Positions 41,822-52,224 of a stretch of DNA of 64,000 nucleotides are shown piece by piece. The notes beneath the pieces are model-generated. The model made no database searches and was not told the DNA's origin. It saw nothing but the letters and a program-made list of their open reading frames with translations. This DNA comes from an uncultured Verrucomicrobiae bacterium. Lineage in GTDB: Bacteria > Verrucomicrobiota > Verrucomicrobiia > Chthoniobacterales > UBA10450. Both the position numbers and the translations under genes were made by a program. The stretch's first letter is position 1. Each line of letters opens with the position of its first letter. Where the stretch lies: positions 256,001-320,000 of the forward strand of contig CAWFGO010000002.1 of assembly GCA_963815455.1 (NCBI GenBank), written 5' to 3'.

Positions 41822-42003
41822 GGACGAAAATTTCGGCGATTCCGGGGGGAACACACGGGTGTTCTAGCAGCTGAACTGCCAACAGGCAACCGCGAGTGGG
41901 CAGGATCGCATCCATCGGGCGCGCCAAGCCCTTTCGAGTTGCCACGCCGCACCGAGCCGGGGTCATCGACCCCGGCTACAGCGGGAAACCAGGCTCGGCT
42001 TCG

Positions 42004-45000
42004 CTACCTTTGAATCTTGACCGAGGCCTTTCTGAACTTCGCCTTGTTTGAAAGCACGTAGCCATTGCCGCTGGTCAGATTCATCGTGGCGGTCACTTTC
42101 TTCGCGTGCGGATAATTCGCATGCAACGTGACCGTGCCCGTAGATGACCCTGCCGGGATGAGGACCTCCCCAGGCGTACCGCTCAACGTGTAATCGCTCC
42201 CCAGGATCGCATTGCCGCTCATATAATAATAAACCGTGGTTGGACAAGTGCTCGGCCCATGGATTGACCTCACGGTGAAGGTCGCGTTCCCCCCTGTCCT
42301 AACTGAAGCCGGTGCAGCCGTCGGGTGAACCTCCAAGTTTGGACAACAACTTCTGGTTAATGTAAATGAGCCGCTGGCCCCGCCGAAACCTGTCACTATT
42401 ACATAATAGGTGGTGCCTACAGTAGTCGGGAAAGTGACCTGCGATTGCAATCCGCAATAATCATCATTCCCGGTCACGCAACTCAACGCGCCGCAGGAAC
42501 CGGTGAACACACCAATCTTGGTGTCATAATTCGATCCACAAAGGCTTAACGTGTTTACGTTGCCGTCGCCCGTGAATGTGTACCACACTCCCGGCGCACT
42601 ATTCAAAGTGGTAACACACGTCGGCACACCCGAATCGACTGTCGCTCCAACGGTGGTGCCATTTATGGTCTGACCACAAGCAATTGGAATGGCTCCTGGA
42701 CACTGATCATTGGCCGGAGTCGCAGTTGCGGTCGGTGTCGGAGTCGGTGTTATGGTAGGGGTTGGCGTTGGAGTTGGCGTTGGACAAAGATTGAGCGTTT
42801 CTGTGGTCGTTACAGTCGTCGCACCGGTGTAGCCACCGGCAGCAATCAGTTTGCTGCTCACGGCAGTCCCCGATACGAATGAGCGCGTAACGTTCAAGGC
42901 GGGAGCGTTCGACCAACTGTTAGTCACCGGATCATAAACCAACGCTGCGTTGGTCGTATCCGGGATCATCGGCGCGAAGGCCGTGGGAGCTGTCAATGTG
43001 GGAGACTCGATCGAAAATGGATTGCCGCCTCCGAATATCCAGAGTTGGCTGTTTCCTATCGCGCTCCCAGGGACATTCACTCCACTCGGCAGATTCGCTT
43101 TCTGCGTCCAAGTGTTCGCGGCGATGTCATAATCCCAGATGCCGTCGTAGTTGTCGGTAACGCCGTCGCGCCCGCCCGCCACATACAGATGGCCGTTAAT
43201 GATCCCAAAGCCGGCGCCGCCTATCGGATGAGGTATTGCCAGTCGGGTTGTGTTGAAGGTGTTAGTGATGGGATCATATTCCCACACTTGCGATTCGGTG
43301 GGTATCACGTTGCCCGTGCTGTAACCACCGACCAGATAAATTTTGCCGTTAAAATAACCCGAGGCCATGAAACAACGCACAGCCGGCAAATTCGCGCCGG
43401 CGCTCCAGGAATTGGTTGCGATGTCATAAATTCGGGTGGCATTGGTCACAGTGCCGGAAGCGGCGGATTCGCCGCCGAAGACGTATATCTTATTATTCAC
43501 CGGCGAGTAAACTGCGGAACCCATGGTTGCCATCGAATCAGGCACGGGTGTGAGCGTAGTCCAGGTGTCGGTATTCACATTGTACCGCTGGAAGACATTA
43601 GAATCGCCGCTAAGGGAGAAACTGTAGCCCCCGGCCAGGTAAACGAAGGTGCCGTCGGAAGTAACCGCGGCGCCATAAACGTCCGGCGGATCGAACGGAG
43701 CCACGATCTGCCATGCGCCAGGCGTGCAAGTCGGCGTCGGAGTGGGTGTCACAGTCGGCGTCGGCGTCACCGTTGGGGTGGGTGTGATGGTGGGGGTCGG
43801 GGTGATCGTGGGGGTCGGGGTTACGGTCGGGGTTGGAGTAACCGTCGGAGTTGGAGTAACCGTCGGGGTTGGCGTCGGAGTCGGGGTTGGGCATGCCGCC
43901 GTCGTGTCTGGGAAGATGTCGGTTTGGGCAATGTTCGTTAGACGACTCTGATTGCCCCCGTTAGCATCCATGACGTAGATTTCATAGTTCCCGTCGCGGT
44001 TGCTGGTGAAATAAATGTTCGCGCCGTCTGGGGAGAACACCGGATAATTATCCTCCGCAGCATTATTGGTCAGGCGCGTTTGATTATTTCCATCGGCGTC
44101 CATGACATAAACTTCCACGTTGCCGTCGCGGACACTGGAGAAGACGATGTGGGCCCCGTCGGGCGAGAACGAAGGGTAGAAATTAGGGCCCGTAGTAGTC
44201 AGCGGGGTTTGTCCCGAGCCATTGGCGTTCATGATGAAAATTTGCTGGACAGCTCCAACGCGATCGCTGGAGAAAACGATCTGGTTCCCATCAGGGGAGA
44301 AGCGCGGGTCGCTGTCGAAACCGGTATCGGTTGTCAATGCGGCCGCATTGTTGCCGTCGGCATCCATGATCCAAATGTTGTAGTCTGACCCGGTGGGCTG
44401 CTGCGGCATGCCAGGGTTCAAAACTGTTGGGCGGTCGCTGACAAACACGATGCTTGCGCCATTGGGGGAGAAACTGGCAACGCCGTCAAAGCTGTTACTA
44501 GTTGTCAATCGTGTTTGGCCGTTGCCATTAGCGTCCATGACATAGACCTCGTAATTTGGGTCATCGCGATTGCTTTGAAAAACAATCCGGCTGCCATCTG
44601 GGCTAAAGCGCGGCTCATCGTCTGCGGCGGAATTGTTCGTTATGCGAGTTTGGTTCCCGCCGTCTGCGTCCATTACGTAAATTTCGGCGTTGCCGTCGCG
44701 CGAGCTGCGGAATGTGACTGTCGGCGAGCAGCTTGGAGTCGGTGTTACCGTAGGGGTGGGGGTTGGGGTTGGCTGGAACGCCGTGGCTATTTCATACATT
44801 CCTCGACCATGCGTGGCCGCGCGAAGAATCCGGTTCGGATCCTGAATTTGCACGCCGAAAACCGCGACATGCGGGAGCCCGCCCCCATAAACACTCCAGG
44901 AGGCGCCGCCGTCGGGCGAATAATACACTCCGGCATCGGTGCCGACATAAACGTCGGTGGAACTCCCGGCAGAAAGGGTCTGCGGGTCGATGGCGATCGC

Positions 45001-47304
45001 ATTGACCGGAATATCGGGCAAGCCAGTGGACATGGCAGTCCAGGTAACAGAGCCTCCCGGAAGCGTATCCAGGTTTGTTGTTTTCCAGACGTGAGCGATG
45101 GGAGTGCCGGTGGTGCCGAAGCCGTTAAAGCAAAGGTAGGCCACCGCTTTGTTATTCGGGTCGATGATCATGCGACCGACACCGGTGGCCGGAGTGGTGG
45201 TCGTTCCATTGGTTGCCCCAGTACCGGCAATTTGCAGAAGCGGATTTGCCCCAGTTGATGTCCCGAAAACTTTGCCATTATTCAATCCCGCGAGCCGGAA
45301 GTTGTCGTCCTGAGGCGAAATCGCGATCGAGCTTACCGCTACGCCGGCCTGCAATACTTGACTCACTGCGAGCGCGGTATCGGCCTTATTAGTCGAGCGG
45401 TAGAGCTTGTTGGTACCGAAGTACCAGGTATTTGGGTTGCCCGGTCCGAGCGCCTGCGGCGCATAAAAATTCACCGTATCGCTCACGACAATCCCATTAA
45501 TCGTGTCACTTGTCCCGTCGCAATATGGCCCACCCAGTCCGACATTTGTTCCGTGAAACGACCATTGGCCTTCAACCGCGCACGGCACGGTCAAATTGCG
45601 CCCGGTTCCAATCAGGTTGTTCGTCTGGTTGAAATAGGTGTGATACATGGTGACGGTCGTGTTGTCGGTCGCGTTTTGATCGATTAACGAATAGCCGCCG
45701 TCGCCGAAATCGGCCCGGGTAAAGCTCGTATCCGGTTTCAGGAACGGAGTGCCGTTGTCCTGGGTGCCGCCGATGGAGAAATAACGATCCAGCGGATGCA
45801 CCGCCAGATCCTGAAACTGCGTCGCGCTAAAGGTCGTGTTGTTGCGCGAGATCCAGTTGAGTCCAGAATCCGTCGATCTCCAGATACCGCCATCATTGCC
45901 GTGATAAATGATGTTGCCCGCGGTACCGCCGTCGCCTGCGCCTGTCGTATCCTGATTCGCAACTGCGATGGCGTGAACATCGGCGTGTAATCCGGTCACG
46001 CTGGATGTGAAGGTCACGCTCGTGGGCGGATCAGTCAGGGCATTGGTCGAATACCTGAAGATATTCGTTCCAGTCGCGCCGCCTATGTAAACTCGATTAG
46101 CATCGTTCGGATCGACTGCGACGGCGATGTCGTAAAAACCCTGGAAGCTCGCGAATCCATTTACAGCCGACAATGCGGCACTCCAGGTCGCACCCCCATC
46201 GGTCGACCGGTAGAGCCGGCCATTGGGTGAGCCTTCCTCCGTCGTGGCATAAACGGTTACGGCCGAGCCTACCTTGTTGATGGCGAGCTTCACATTGATG
46301 AAATCGGCCAGCCCCTTGGTGCGGGTAAAAGTAGGCGTGCCGGCCAGCGCGTTCGTGCTCATATAAATGCCGCCTGTCGTATTGGTGCCGCTCTGGCTGT
46401 AAATTGCACAGACCAGGTTGTTCGCGTTGCTCGGGTCGGCCGCGGCTGCCGTGGTAATCGTATTTGTCTCCGAGGCGTTGACATCGAGGCGCGTCCAAAC
46501 CGGTGATCCAGAGAAAGCGTTGGTGGATCGATAAAGACCGCGCGCCGGAAGCATCGAATAAGCCGTCGCTACGATGCCACCGATTCCCGACGAAGTTGCG
46601 CAGAACACATTGTTGTGGTCCGCCGGATCGACAACGATCGAGACAATGGAACGACCGGTAAAAATGTCCTGCATTGCTCCATTTAGATTGTAAGGCCCAT
46701 TTACCGTCGGGCTCCCGCCGTCCGCGCCGGTAATGATATAAAAACCCGAGCCAAAGAAGCTGTCTCCGGAAAGATTGCCTTCTCCGGTGCCGACCAGAAC
46801 GTTGCTCGAGTCAGTCGGATCGATCGTGATCGCCCCGATGGCGAGTGGTGTCCCGATCGCGGTTGAGAAAGCGTTATCCATCAACTGCGTCCAGGTCGCT
46901 CCTCCATCAAGGGAACGGTAGACGCCGCCCTGGGCCGCGCCCACATAGACGATATTTGGATTGGTTGGATGAATGGCAATCGCAGAAACACGTCCGCTTA
47001 CCGGATCGGTCCGGTTTTCAGTTTGACCGTTTGGAATGGGAAATGGCCCCAAGGCGGTCCAGGTCGGGGCGAGCTGCGGCGCCGTAGGCCTGAAGGCCGG
47101 CACGCTGGCTCCGCGATATGGCGAAACCGGGAGATTCGGATCGGCCGGCAGATTCTCCACCCAGAACTGTGGCGGCGACTCGGAAAAATCTTCGTGCTCC
47201 TTTTCGCCTTTGTCCCTGGCCGGTGGAGCAACCTGTTTGCTCGCGCTGAGCGCGATTAATGTGAGTATGGCGAGGGCGGCGAAGATGCGAAAGATCGGGC
47301 GCAT
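42004..47304 (-). CDS. 1766-aa modular secreted protein: BNR/Vps10-like propellers, PD40 (TolB-like) repeats, Kelch repeats, Cys-rich domain, Calx-beta-like C terminus
   Basis: S.DGG.TW, GTQDNG, ATHGRG; (FSPDG...F.S.RDGN.EIYVM)n; Kelch YVFGG/YLVGG; Pro-Thr linkers; GNAILGSDYT. Confidence 0.85.
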   Translation of the reverse strand: MRPIFRIFAALAILTLIALSASKQVAPPARDKGEKEHEDFSESPPQFWVENLPADPNLPVSPYRGASVPAFRPTAPQLAPTWTALGPFPIPNGQTENRTDPVSGRVSAIAIHPTNPNIVYVGAAQGGVYRSLDGGATWTQLMDNAFSTAIGTPLAIGAITIDPTDSSNVLVGTGEGNLSGDSFFGSGFYIITGADGGSPTVNGPYNLNGAMQDIFTGRSIVSIVVDPADHNNVFCATSSGIGGIVATAYSMLPARGLYRSTNAFSGSPVWTRLDVNASETNTITTAAAADPSNANNLVCAIYSQSGTNTTGGIYMSTNALAGTPTFTRTKGLADFINVKLAINKVGSAVTVYATTEEGSPNGRLYRSTDGGATWSAALSAVNGFASFQGFYDIAVAVDPNDANRVYIGGATGTNIFRYSTNALTDPPTSVTFTSSVTGLHADVHAIAVANQDTTGAGDGGTAGNIIYHGNDGGIWRSTDSGLNWISRNNTTFSATQFQDLAVHPLDRYFSIGGTQDNGTPFLKPDTSFTRADFGDGGYSLIDQNATDNTTVTMYHTYFNQTNNLIGTGRNLTVPCAVEGQWSFHGTNVGLGGPYCDGTSDTINGIVVSDTVNFYAPQALGPGNPNTWYFGTNKLYRSTNKADTALAVSQVLQAGVAVSSIAISPQDDNFRLAGLNNGKVFGTSTGANPLLQIAGTGATNGTTTTPATGVGRMIIDPNNKAVAYLCFNGFGTTGTPIAHVWKTTNLDTLPGGSVTWTAMSTGLPDIPVNAIAIDPQTLSAGSSTDVYVGTDAGVYYSPDGGASWSVYGGGLPHVAVFGVQIQDPNRILRAATHGRGMYEIATAFQPTPTPTPTVTPTPSCSPTVTFRSSRDGNAEIYVMDADGGNQTRITNNSAADDEPRFSPDGSRIVFQSNRDDPNYEVYVMDANGNGQTRLTTSNSFDGVASFSPNGASIVFVSDRPTVLNPGMPQQPTGSDYNIWIMDADGNNAAALTTDTGFDSDPRFSPDGNQIVFSSDRVGAVQQIFIMNANGSGQTPLTTTGPNFYPSFSPDGAHIVFSSVRDGNVEVYVMDADGNNQTRLTNNAAEDNYPVFSPDGANIYFTSNRDGNYEIYVMDANGGNQSRLTNIAQTDIFPDTTAACPTPTPTPTPTVTPTPTVTPTPTVTPTPTITPTPTITPTPTVTPTPTVTPTPTPTCTPGAWQIVAPFDPPDVYGAAVTSDGTFVYLAGGYSFSLSGDSNVFQRYNVNTDTWTTLTPVPDSMATMGSAVYSPVNNKIYVFGGESAASGTVTNATRIYDIATNSWSAGANLPAVRCFMASGYFNGKIYLVGGYSTGNVIPTESQVWEYDPITNTFNTTRLAIPHPIGGAGFGIINGHLYVAGGRDGVTDNYDGIWDYDIAANTWTQKANLPSGVNVPGSAIGNSQLWIFGGGNPFSIESPTLTAPTAFAPMIPDTTNAALVYDPVTNSWSNAPALNVTRSFVSGTAVSSKLIAAGGYTGATTVTTTETLNLCPTPTPTPTPTITPTPTPTATATPANDQCPGAIPIACGQTINGTTVGATVDSGVPTCVTTLNSAPGVWYTFTGDGNVNTLSLCGSNYDTKIGVFTGSCGALSCVTGNDDYCGLQSQVTFPTTVGTTYYVIVTGFGGASGSFTLTRSCCPNLEVHPTAAPASVRTGGNATFTVRSIHGPSTCPTTVYYYMSGNAILGSDYTLSGTPGEVLIPAGSSTGTVTLHANYPHAKKVTATMNLTSGNGYVLSNKAKFRKASVKIQR

Positions 47305-47446
47305 AAATAATTCCTTTTGTTATTGGGTGGGAGGCGCATTAAGCGCCCAAACCGGATGCTCACCAAATCGGTTCGTTCCCGTCAAGCGGATTTCTTACGT
47401 CTAGGCTAGAAATTGGAAACCGGTCCTTGCGATCATTCCCGCCGGA

Positions 47447-48625
47447 TTAAATTGCGCCATAAATCGCATCCAGCAGGCGAAGCGATTTGTCGTTCGGCAA
47501 CACCGATTGCTCCATCTGGTTCATCACGTAGGCAAAACCGATCTTGTTTTCCGGATCGGCAAAGGCGTGACTCCCGCCCGCGCCGGGATGCCCGAATGAC
47601 GATGTCGATCTTCCAAAGATACGGCGTTTCGCCGGTTTCGAATCTTTCATGAACCCGGCCGAGAATGCGGTCGGGATTCCAAACACGCGATCAATCCCGT
47701 CGGTTAACGTGGTCATCATCCATGCGAGAGTCTTCTCCGAAAAGAATTGCTTGCCACACCGTAGCACCACGGAGGCGGGCTGATCTTGCATGCGCCCGCC
47801 ATTGGCCAGCATCGCGTAAAATTTCGCCAGTGAACTGGCACTGCCGATTCCGCCGAAAGAGACGAACGGCAGCGCCCGGATTTTCGGATCGTTCATCGCG
47901 CTCACGGCGTTCAATCCCGACGGCGACATGAACACTTCGTGGGCAAATGTGCCGCGCGCAGCGACATCAACGTAGAACTGTTTGGGTTCCGGCGGCTTCC
48001 CGACTTTCGCCGCGTACATGGTCGCCACCCGCGAGTTTTCACCTTCCGGCAGACCGATCCAAAGATCGAGATCGAGCGGCTCGGCAAATTGTTCCCGCCA
48101 ATATTCAGCCAATGGCTTCCCGGCAATGCGTCGCACCAATTCATCGAGCAGAAAACCAAACGTGCGCGCGTGATAACCGTGGGCCGTTCCCGGCTCCCAA
48201 TTCGGTTCCTGTTTCTCAATCGCAGCGATCACCGCCGGATAATCGAGGATGTCCACTTTTCGATCCAAAGCAGCCAGCCCCGCCTGATGCGACAATAATT
48301 GCGCCAGCGTGATCCGGTCTTTGCCAGCCTGACCGAATTCCGGCCAAAATTCGGCCACCCGTTGTCCGATGTCGATCCTGTGTTCCTGCAACGCATGAAG
48401 CACGCATGCGCTACCAAGCCCCTTCGTTGCCGACCAAATCAGGACGATTGTGTCAGCAGTCCATTCCTGTTCGCGACGCGCATCGCGAAACCCGCCATGA
48501 AGGTCAAGAATTGCTTCTCCTTTATGCCAAAGGGAAATCGCGGCACCGAGTTCGCCCAGCTTCTCGAAATTCTCCCGAAACGGCGGTTCCAATCGCTGGC
48601 GAAGCGCATCCGGGTGCAATTCCAT
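47447..48625 (-). CDS. Beta-lactamase-family serine hydrolase (class C/esterase-like)
   Basis: SATK (SxxK), LLSHQAGL, GYH, FGHPGAGGS. Confidence 0.88.
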   Translation of the reverse strand: MELHPDALRQRLEPPFRENFEKLGELGAAISLWHKGEAILDLHGGFRDARREQEWTADTIVLIWSATKGLGSACVLHALQEHRIDIGQRVAEFWPEFGQAGKDRITLAQLLSHQAGLAALDRKVDILDYPAVIAAIEKQEPNWEPGTAHGYHARTFGFLLDELVRRIAGKPLAEYWREQFAEPLDLDLWIGLPEGENSRVATMYAAKVGKPPEPKQFYVDVAARGTFAHEVFMSPSGLNAVSAMNDPKIRALPFVSFGGIGSASSLAKFYAMLANGGRMQDQPASVVLRCGKQFFSEKTLAWMMTTLTDGIDRVFGIPTAFSAGFMKDSKPAKRRIFGRSTSSFGHPGAGGSHAFADPENKIGFAYVMNQMEQSVLPNDKSLRLLDAIYGAI

Positions 48626-48794
48626 CAACAGACATTAACCAGCCAGCGTCTAGTTCCAAAAGCCTGTCGAACCAGGACCTGGGAAAGTAGCAGAAATCAT
48701 TTCGCAGTGAATTGGTACCAGCCATTTGGTTGCGCCAGGGATCCGAATTGCACTCCCTCCACGTCACTTACACCACGGCACACGGCGTGAAATG

Positions 48795-48803
48795 TGATAT
48801 AAT
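48795..48803 (+). promoter_or_regulatory. Extended -10 promoter of hicB, probably leaderless
   Basis: TGATATAAT 7 nt before the ATG at 48811. Confidence 0.6.
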
Positions 48804-48810
48804 GTCGGAC

Positions 48811-49017
48811 ATGAAGTTCCCGACCGTGATCTACCAAGATGAAGATGGCGCATGGGTCGTAGAGTGCCCGGCGATTCCTGGCTGTGTGAGTCAGGGTCGC
48901 ACGCGCGAGGAAGCCATGACGAATATCAAGGAGGCCATCTCGCTTTGCCTCGAAGTTCGAGCTGAGTGCGGCATGCCCCTTACATTCGAGACTTCGGACG
49001 TCGAAGTCGCGGTCTAA
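48811..49017 (+). CDS. hicB: HicB-family antitoxin (short form)
   Basis: EDGAWVVECPAIPGCVSQGRTREEAMTNIKEAI. Confidence 0.9.
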   Translation: MKFPTVIYQDEDGAWVVECPAIPGCVSQGRTREEAMTNIKEAISLCLEVRAECGMPLTFETSDVEVAV

Positions 49018-49085
49018 CCGCATTATATAACGTGCGTTATATCATATGAGTTGCGCTGTCGGCACCGAACGCCAACTGTGAATGA

Positions 49086-49306
49086 ATGTCGAAAGTTCCC
49101 GTGCTCAGTGGGCCCGAGGTCGTCCGCGTACTTGAAAAATTCGACTGGCGAATCGCGCGGCGACGTGGAAGCCACATTATTTTGGTCAAGGAAGGCGCAC
49201 GCGCGACGTTATCAGTTCCCGATCACAGGGAAGTGCTAGAGCAACACTCCGGAGTTTGATCCGTGCCGCGGGGTTGACCGCCGAAGAATTTATCCGGGAA
49301 GTCTAG
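49086..49306 (+). CDS. hicA: HicA-family toxin; 1-base frameshift near 49235
   Basis: MSKVPVLSGPEVVRVLEK...RRRGSHIIL...VPDHREV, then shifted ARATLRSLIRAAGLTAEEF; not listed as such in the ORF track. Confidence 0.85.
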
Positions 49307-49458
49307 CACGCAGGTCGAAATGGGCTGCTCTCCCGTAAGTCGATAGACAAAAACTCGTGGCGGCGACGTCAATATACGAATCCAAATGCGCCGGGGGCGC
49401 ATCCAATTCTTGGTAACAAAAGCTAAAAGCGTTGCAAGATTACAGAAGCTCTCGACTT

Positions 49459-51882
49459 ATGATGACTGACCTTCGTTTTGCGTTCCGCCAATTGCTTAAA
49501 TCGCCCGGGTTCACTTTGCTTGCGTTGATTACGCTGGCGTTGGGGATCGGATTGAACACCGCCATCTTTAGCCTAATCAACGATCTGTTCCTTCGCGGGC
49601 TGCCGTTCCGCGAGTCGAATCGGCTTGTGCATCTGTTCGCCAACCCGAAAGACAACCAGCAAAATCCTTTCCCGTTGTCGGCCCCGCGCTTCATGCATTA
49701 CCGCGACGGCCAGACGATCTTCGACGGATTCGCGGCCGAGAATGGTACCGGCGCCACCCTGACCGGCTTGGGCGATCCGGTTCAAATCGCGGCGTTCAAG
49801 ACGACCGCGAATTATTTTGATGTCCTTGGGGTTCGGCCGATCCAGGGCCGGAGCTTCCTGCCGCAGGAGGAGGAAGGCGCCGACGTGGCCCTGGTCTCGG
49901 AAAATTTCTGGCGGAAACGAATGGGCGGCGATCCGAACGTGATCGGACGCAGCATTACGCTCGACGGCGTAGCTCATTCCATCGTCGGGGTTTTGCCCAA
50001 CATGCCGGTGCAATGGGTCGGCCCGAATGGAAACGAAGTCTGGACGACGAAGCCGTTCAACATTCCCGGTTTTTCCCATGAACGCATGATGCGTGGCACC
50101 GGATTTCTGCGCGTGATCGGACGCATGAAGCCAGGTCAAACCCTCGAGCAGGTCCGCGCCGCGCTGCCGTCCTTGCAGCAAAGTTATCAATCACAGCATC
50201 CGGAAAAGATCGATGCCCAGTTCCCGAACCTTGTCAGGACATTATCGGAGGATGTGAGTGGCGATTTGCGTCCGGCTTTCGCCACTCTGTTTGCCGCGGT
50301 GGCCTTCGTGTTACTGATCGCGTGCAGCAACGTCGCGAATCTCCTCCTGGTGCGATTCAGCGGTCGCCGTCGTGAAATCGCGCTGCGCATGGCCATCGGG
50401 GCTTCGCGCTCGAGCGTGATGCGGCTGTTTGTCTTCGAGAGCCTGCTCGTAAGTGTGCTCGCCGGAATCGCAGGCGCGGCGCTGGCCTGGCAACTGGTGC
50501 CGCTCGTGCCGAAAATAGCGGCGAACTTTCTCCCGCTCGAACCCAACTACCATGTCGGTCTCTCCCTTCCTCTGCTCGCTTTCACCATTGTGCTGTCGAT
50601 CCTGACCGGTCTGGCCATGGGAGTTTACCCGGCCCTGCAAAGTTCGCGGGCTGATCTGGTGGAGGGATTGAAAGAAGGCGGCCGCGGAACTGCCGGTAGC
50701 GTGAAGCAACAACGCTTTCGCAAACTGCTCGTTGGCGCTCAAGTCGCCCTTTCGGTCACTCTGCTCGCCGGCGCGGCCCTGCTTATCAATAGTTTCATTC
50801 GATTAAGCCACCAGGACCTCGGATTTCGCCCCGAAAATATCTGGGTTGGTTTCGTGACGTTGCCTGCTGCGCAATATCCTGACCTCGGCGCGCGCGCCCG
50901 GTTCGCCGATCAGATCGACAAGACGTTGCAAACCATACCCGGCTTCCAGAATCCAGCGGTCAGCGGTGATTTCCCGCTGGCCGGTGGCAATGGGGCGACC
51001 CTTTATACCCGGCCGGACGGCAATGTGCTGCCGGTTCCGCAACGCACGGCTGCGCCGTCGCACGACACGTCACCGGGATATTTCAAAGCCTGGGGAATTC
51101 CTATTTTGGCCGGCCGCGACTTCGACGAGCACGATGTCGAGAATCATCAGAACGTAATGCTGATCAGCCAGGCGGGAGCAAAAAAAGTTTTCCCAAACGA
51201 AAACCCAATCGGCAAGACACTCCTGGTAACAAGCGGAAGTGTTCCCTGCGAGATCATCGGCATTATCGGCGATGTGCGCACCGATCGCGTCGCGCGCCAG
51301 AACGACATGGAATTTTACCGGCCATGGGCACAGGAAAATTTCCCATTCCTGAGCATCATGGTGCGTAGCTCTTTGAAGACGGAAGCCGTGACGAAGCTCG
51401 TGCAATCGGCCGTCAACACGATCGATCCGACAGTCGCGATCGCCCAACCGCAATCGATGGACACCATCGTGGCCCAGGCGTTAGGCCAAGCGCGTTTGAT
51501 GATGTGGTTGCTCGGGATCTTCGCCGGCGTCGCATTATTACTGGCGACAGTTGGGATCTATGGCGCGGTCGCCTACACCGTGGAGCAACGCACCGGAGAG
51601 ATCGGTGTCCGCATGGCGCTGGGCGCGCAAACCATGGATGTGCTTCGACTCGTCGTGAAACAGGGAATGACACCAGTCGCGTTTGGATTACTGGCCGGCC
51701 TCGCCGCCGCGCTTGCCCTGGGCCGGTTGATCGCATCTCAACTTTACCAAACATCGGCGCATAATCCGTTGTTGCTCGGCGCGACGATGTCGATCCTCGG
51801 CCTGGCCGCGCTGCTGGCGTGTCTGTTCCCAGCAATGCGCGCGAGTCACGTTAACCCGGTCGAAGCGTTGCGAGCGGAATAA
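49459..51882 (+). CDS. Duplicated MacB/FtsX-type ABC permease (ADOP-like)
   Basis: DLRFAFRQLLKSPGF, LLIACSNVANLLL, EIALRMAIGA, EIGVRMALGA, NPVEALRAE. Confidence 0.92.
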   Translation: MMTDLRFAFRQLLKSPGFTLLALITLALGIGLNTAIFSLINDLFLRGLPFRESNRLVHLFANPKDNQQNPFPLSAPRFMHYRDGQTIFDGFAAENGTGATLTGLGDPVQIAAFKTTANYFDVLGVRPIQGRSFLPQEEEGADVALVSENFWRKRMGGDPNVIGRSITLDGVAHSIVGVLPNMPVQWVGPNGNEVWTTKPFNIPGFSHERMMRGTGFLRVIGRMKPGQTLEQVRAALPSLQQSYQSQHPEKIDAQFPNLVRTLSEDVSGDLRPAFATLFAAVAFVLLIACSNVANLLLVRFSGRRREIALRMAIGASRSSVMRLFVFESLLVSVLAGIAGAALAWQLVPLVPKIAANFLPLEPNYHVGLSLPLLAFTIVLSILTGLAMGVYPALQSSRADLVEGLKEGGRGTAGSVKQQRFRKLLVGAQVALSVTLLAGAALLINSFIRLSHQDLGFRPENIWVGFVTLPAAQYPDLGARARFADQIDKTLQTIPGFQNPAVSGDFPLAGGNGATLYTRPDGNVLPVPQRTAAPSHDTSPGYFKAWGIPILAGRDFDEHDVENHQNVMLISQAGAKKVFPNENPIGKTLLVTSGSVPCEIIGIIGDVRTDRVARQNDMEFYRPWAQENFPFLSIMVRSSLKTEAVTKLVQSAVNTIDPTVAIAQPQSMDTIVAQALGQARLMMWLLGIFAGVALLLATVGIYGAVAYTVEQRTGEIGVRMALGAQTMDVLRLVVKQGMTPVAFGLLAGLAAALALGRLIASQLYQTSAHNPLLLGATMSILGLAALLACLFPAMRASHVNPVEALRAE

Positions 51883-51888
51883 ATCACC

Positions 51889-51992
51889 CAGGTAGGGATG
51901 GCTCTCCGAGCCGTCCGATTTGTTTCGGAAATTTGTCAGGCGGTTCGGAGAACTGTCCCTACCTGTTTGCGGCCGGCACGGCCGCCTCTACA
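51889..51992. repeat. GTAG REP cluster, left copy
   Basis: CAGGTAGGGA...TCCCTACCTG plus TGCGGCCGGCACGGCCGCCTCTACA. Confidence 0.85.
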
Positions 51993-52224
51993 CTTTTCTC
52001 AATTTCTATTTTCCCGATTAAAGGACGCTTCTTTTGACAAATCTCCCAACCGGTCTATAGAGAAGACCGCTCGGCACAACCGAGTCGTCGTCAGAAGTCC
52101 GCGCGCCCCCAAGGGCTAACGCGCCGGGGCTGTTCCGAAACTGATCTGCAATCCTGCAGCTTTGTCATCGTGAATGGCGTGCTCCACCCGAGACTCGACA
52201 AAATCGGAGCAATGTTGGAACACC

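Noticed and set aside
43725..43895. Possible CRISPR or regulatory tandem array
   Set aside because: Coding Pro-Thr linker with no spacers; no cas genes in the window.
52060..52224. Known c-di-AMP (ydaO) or c-di-GMP riboswitch
   Set aside because: Consensus segments were not recognisable by eye; kept only as an unassigned structured leader.
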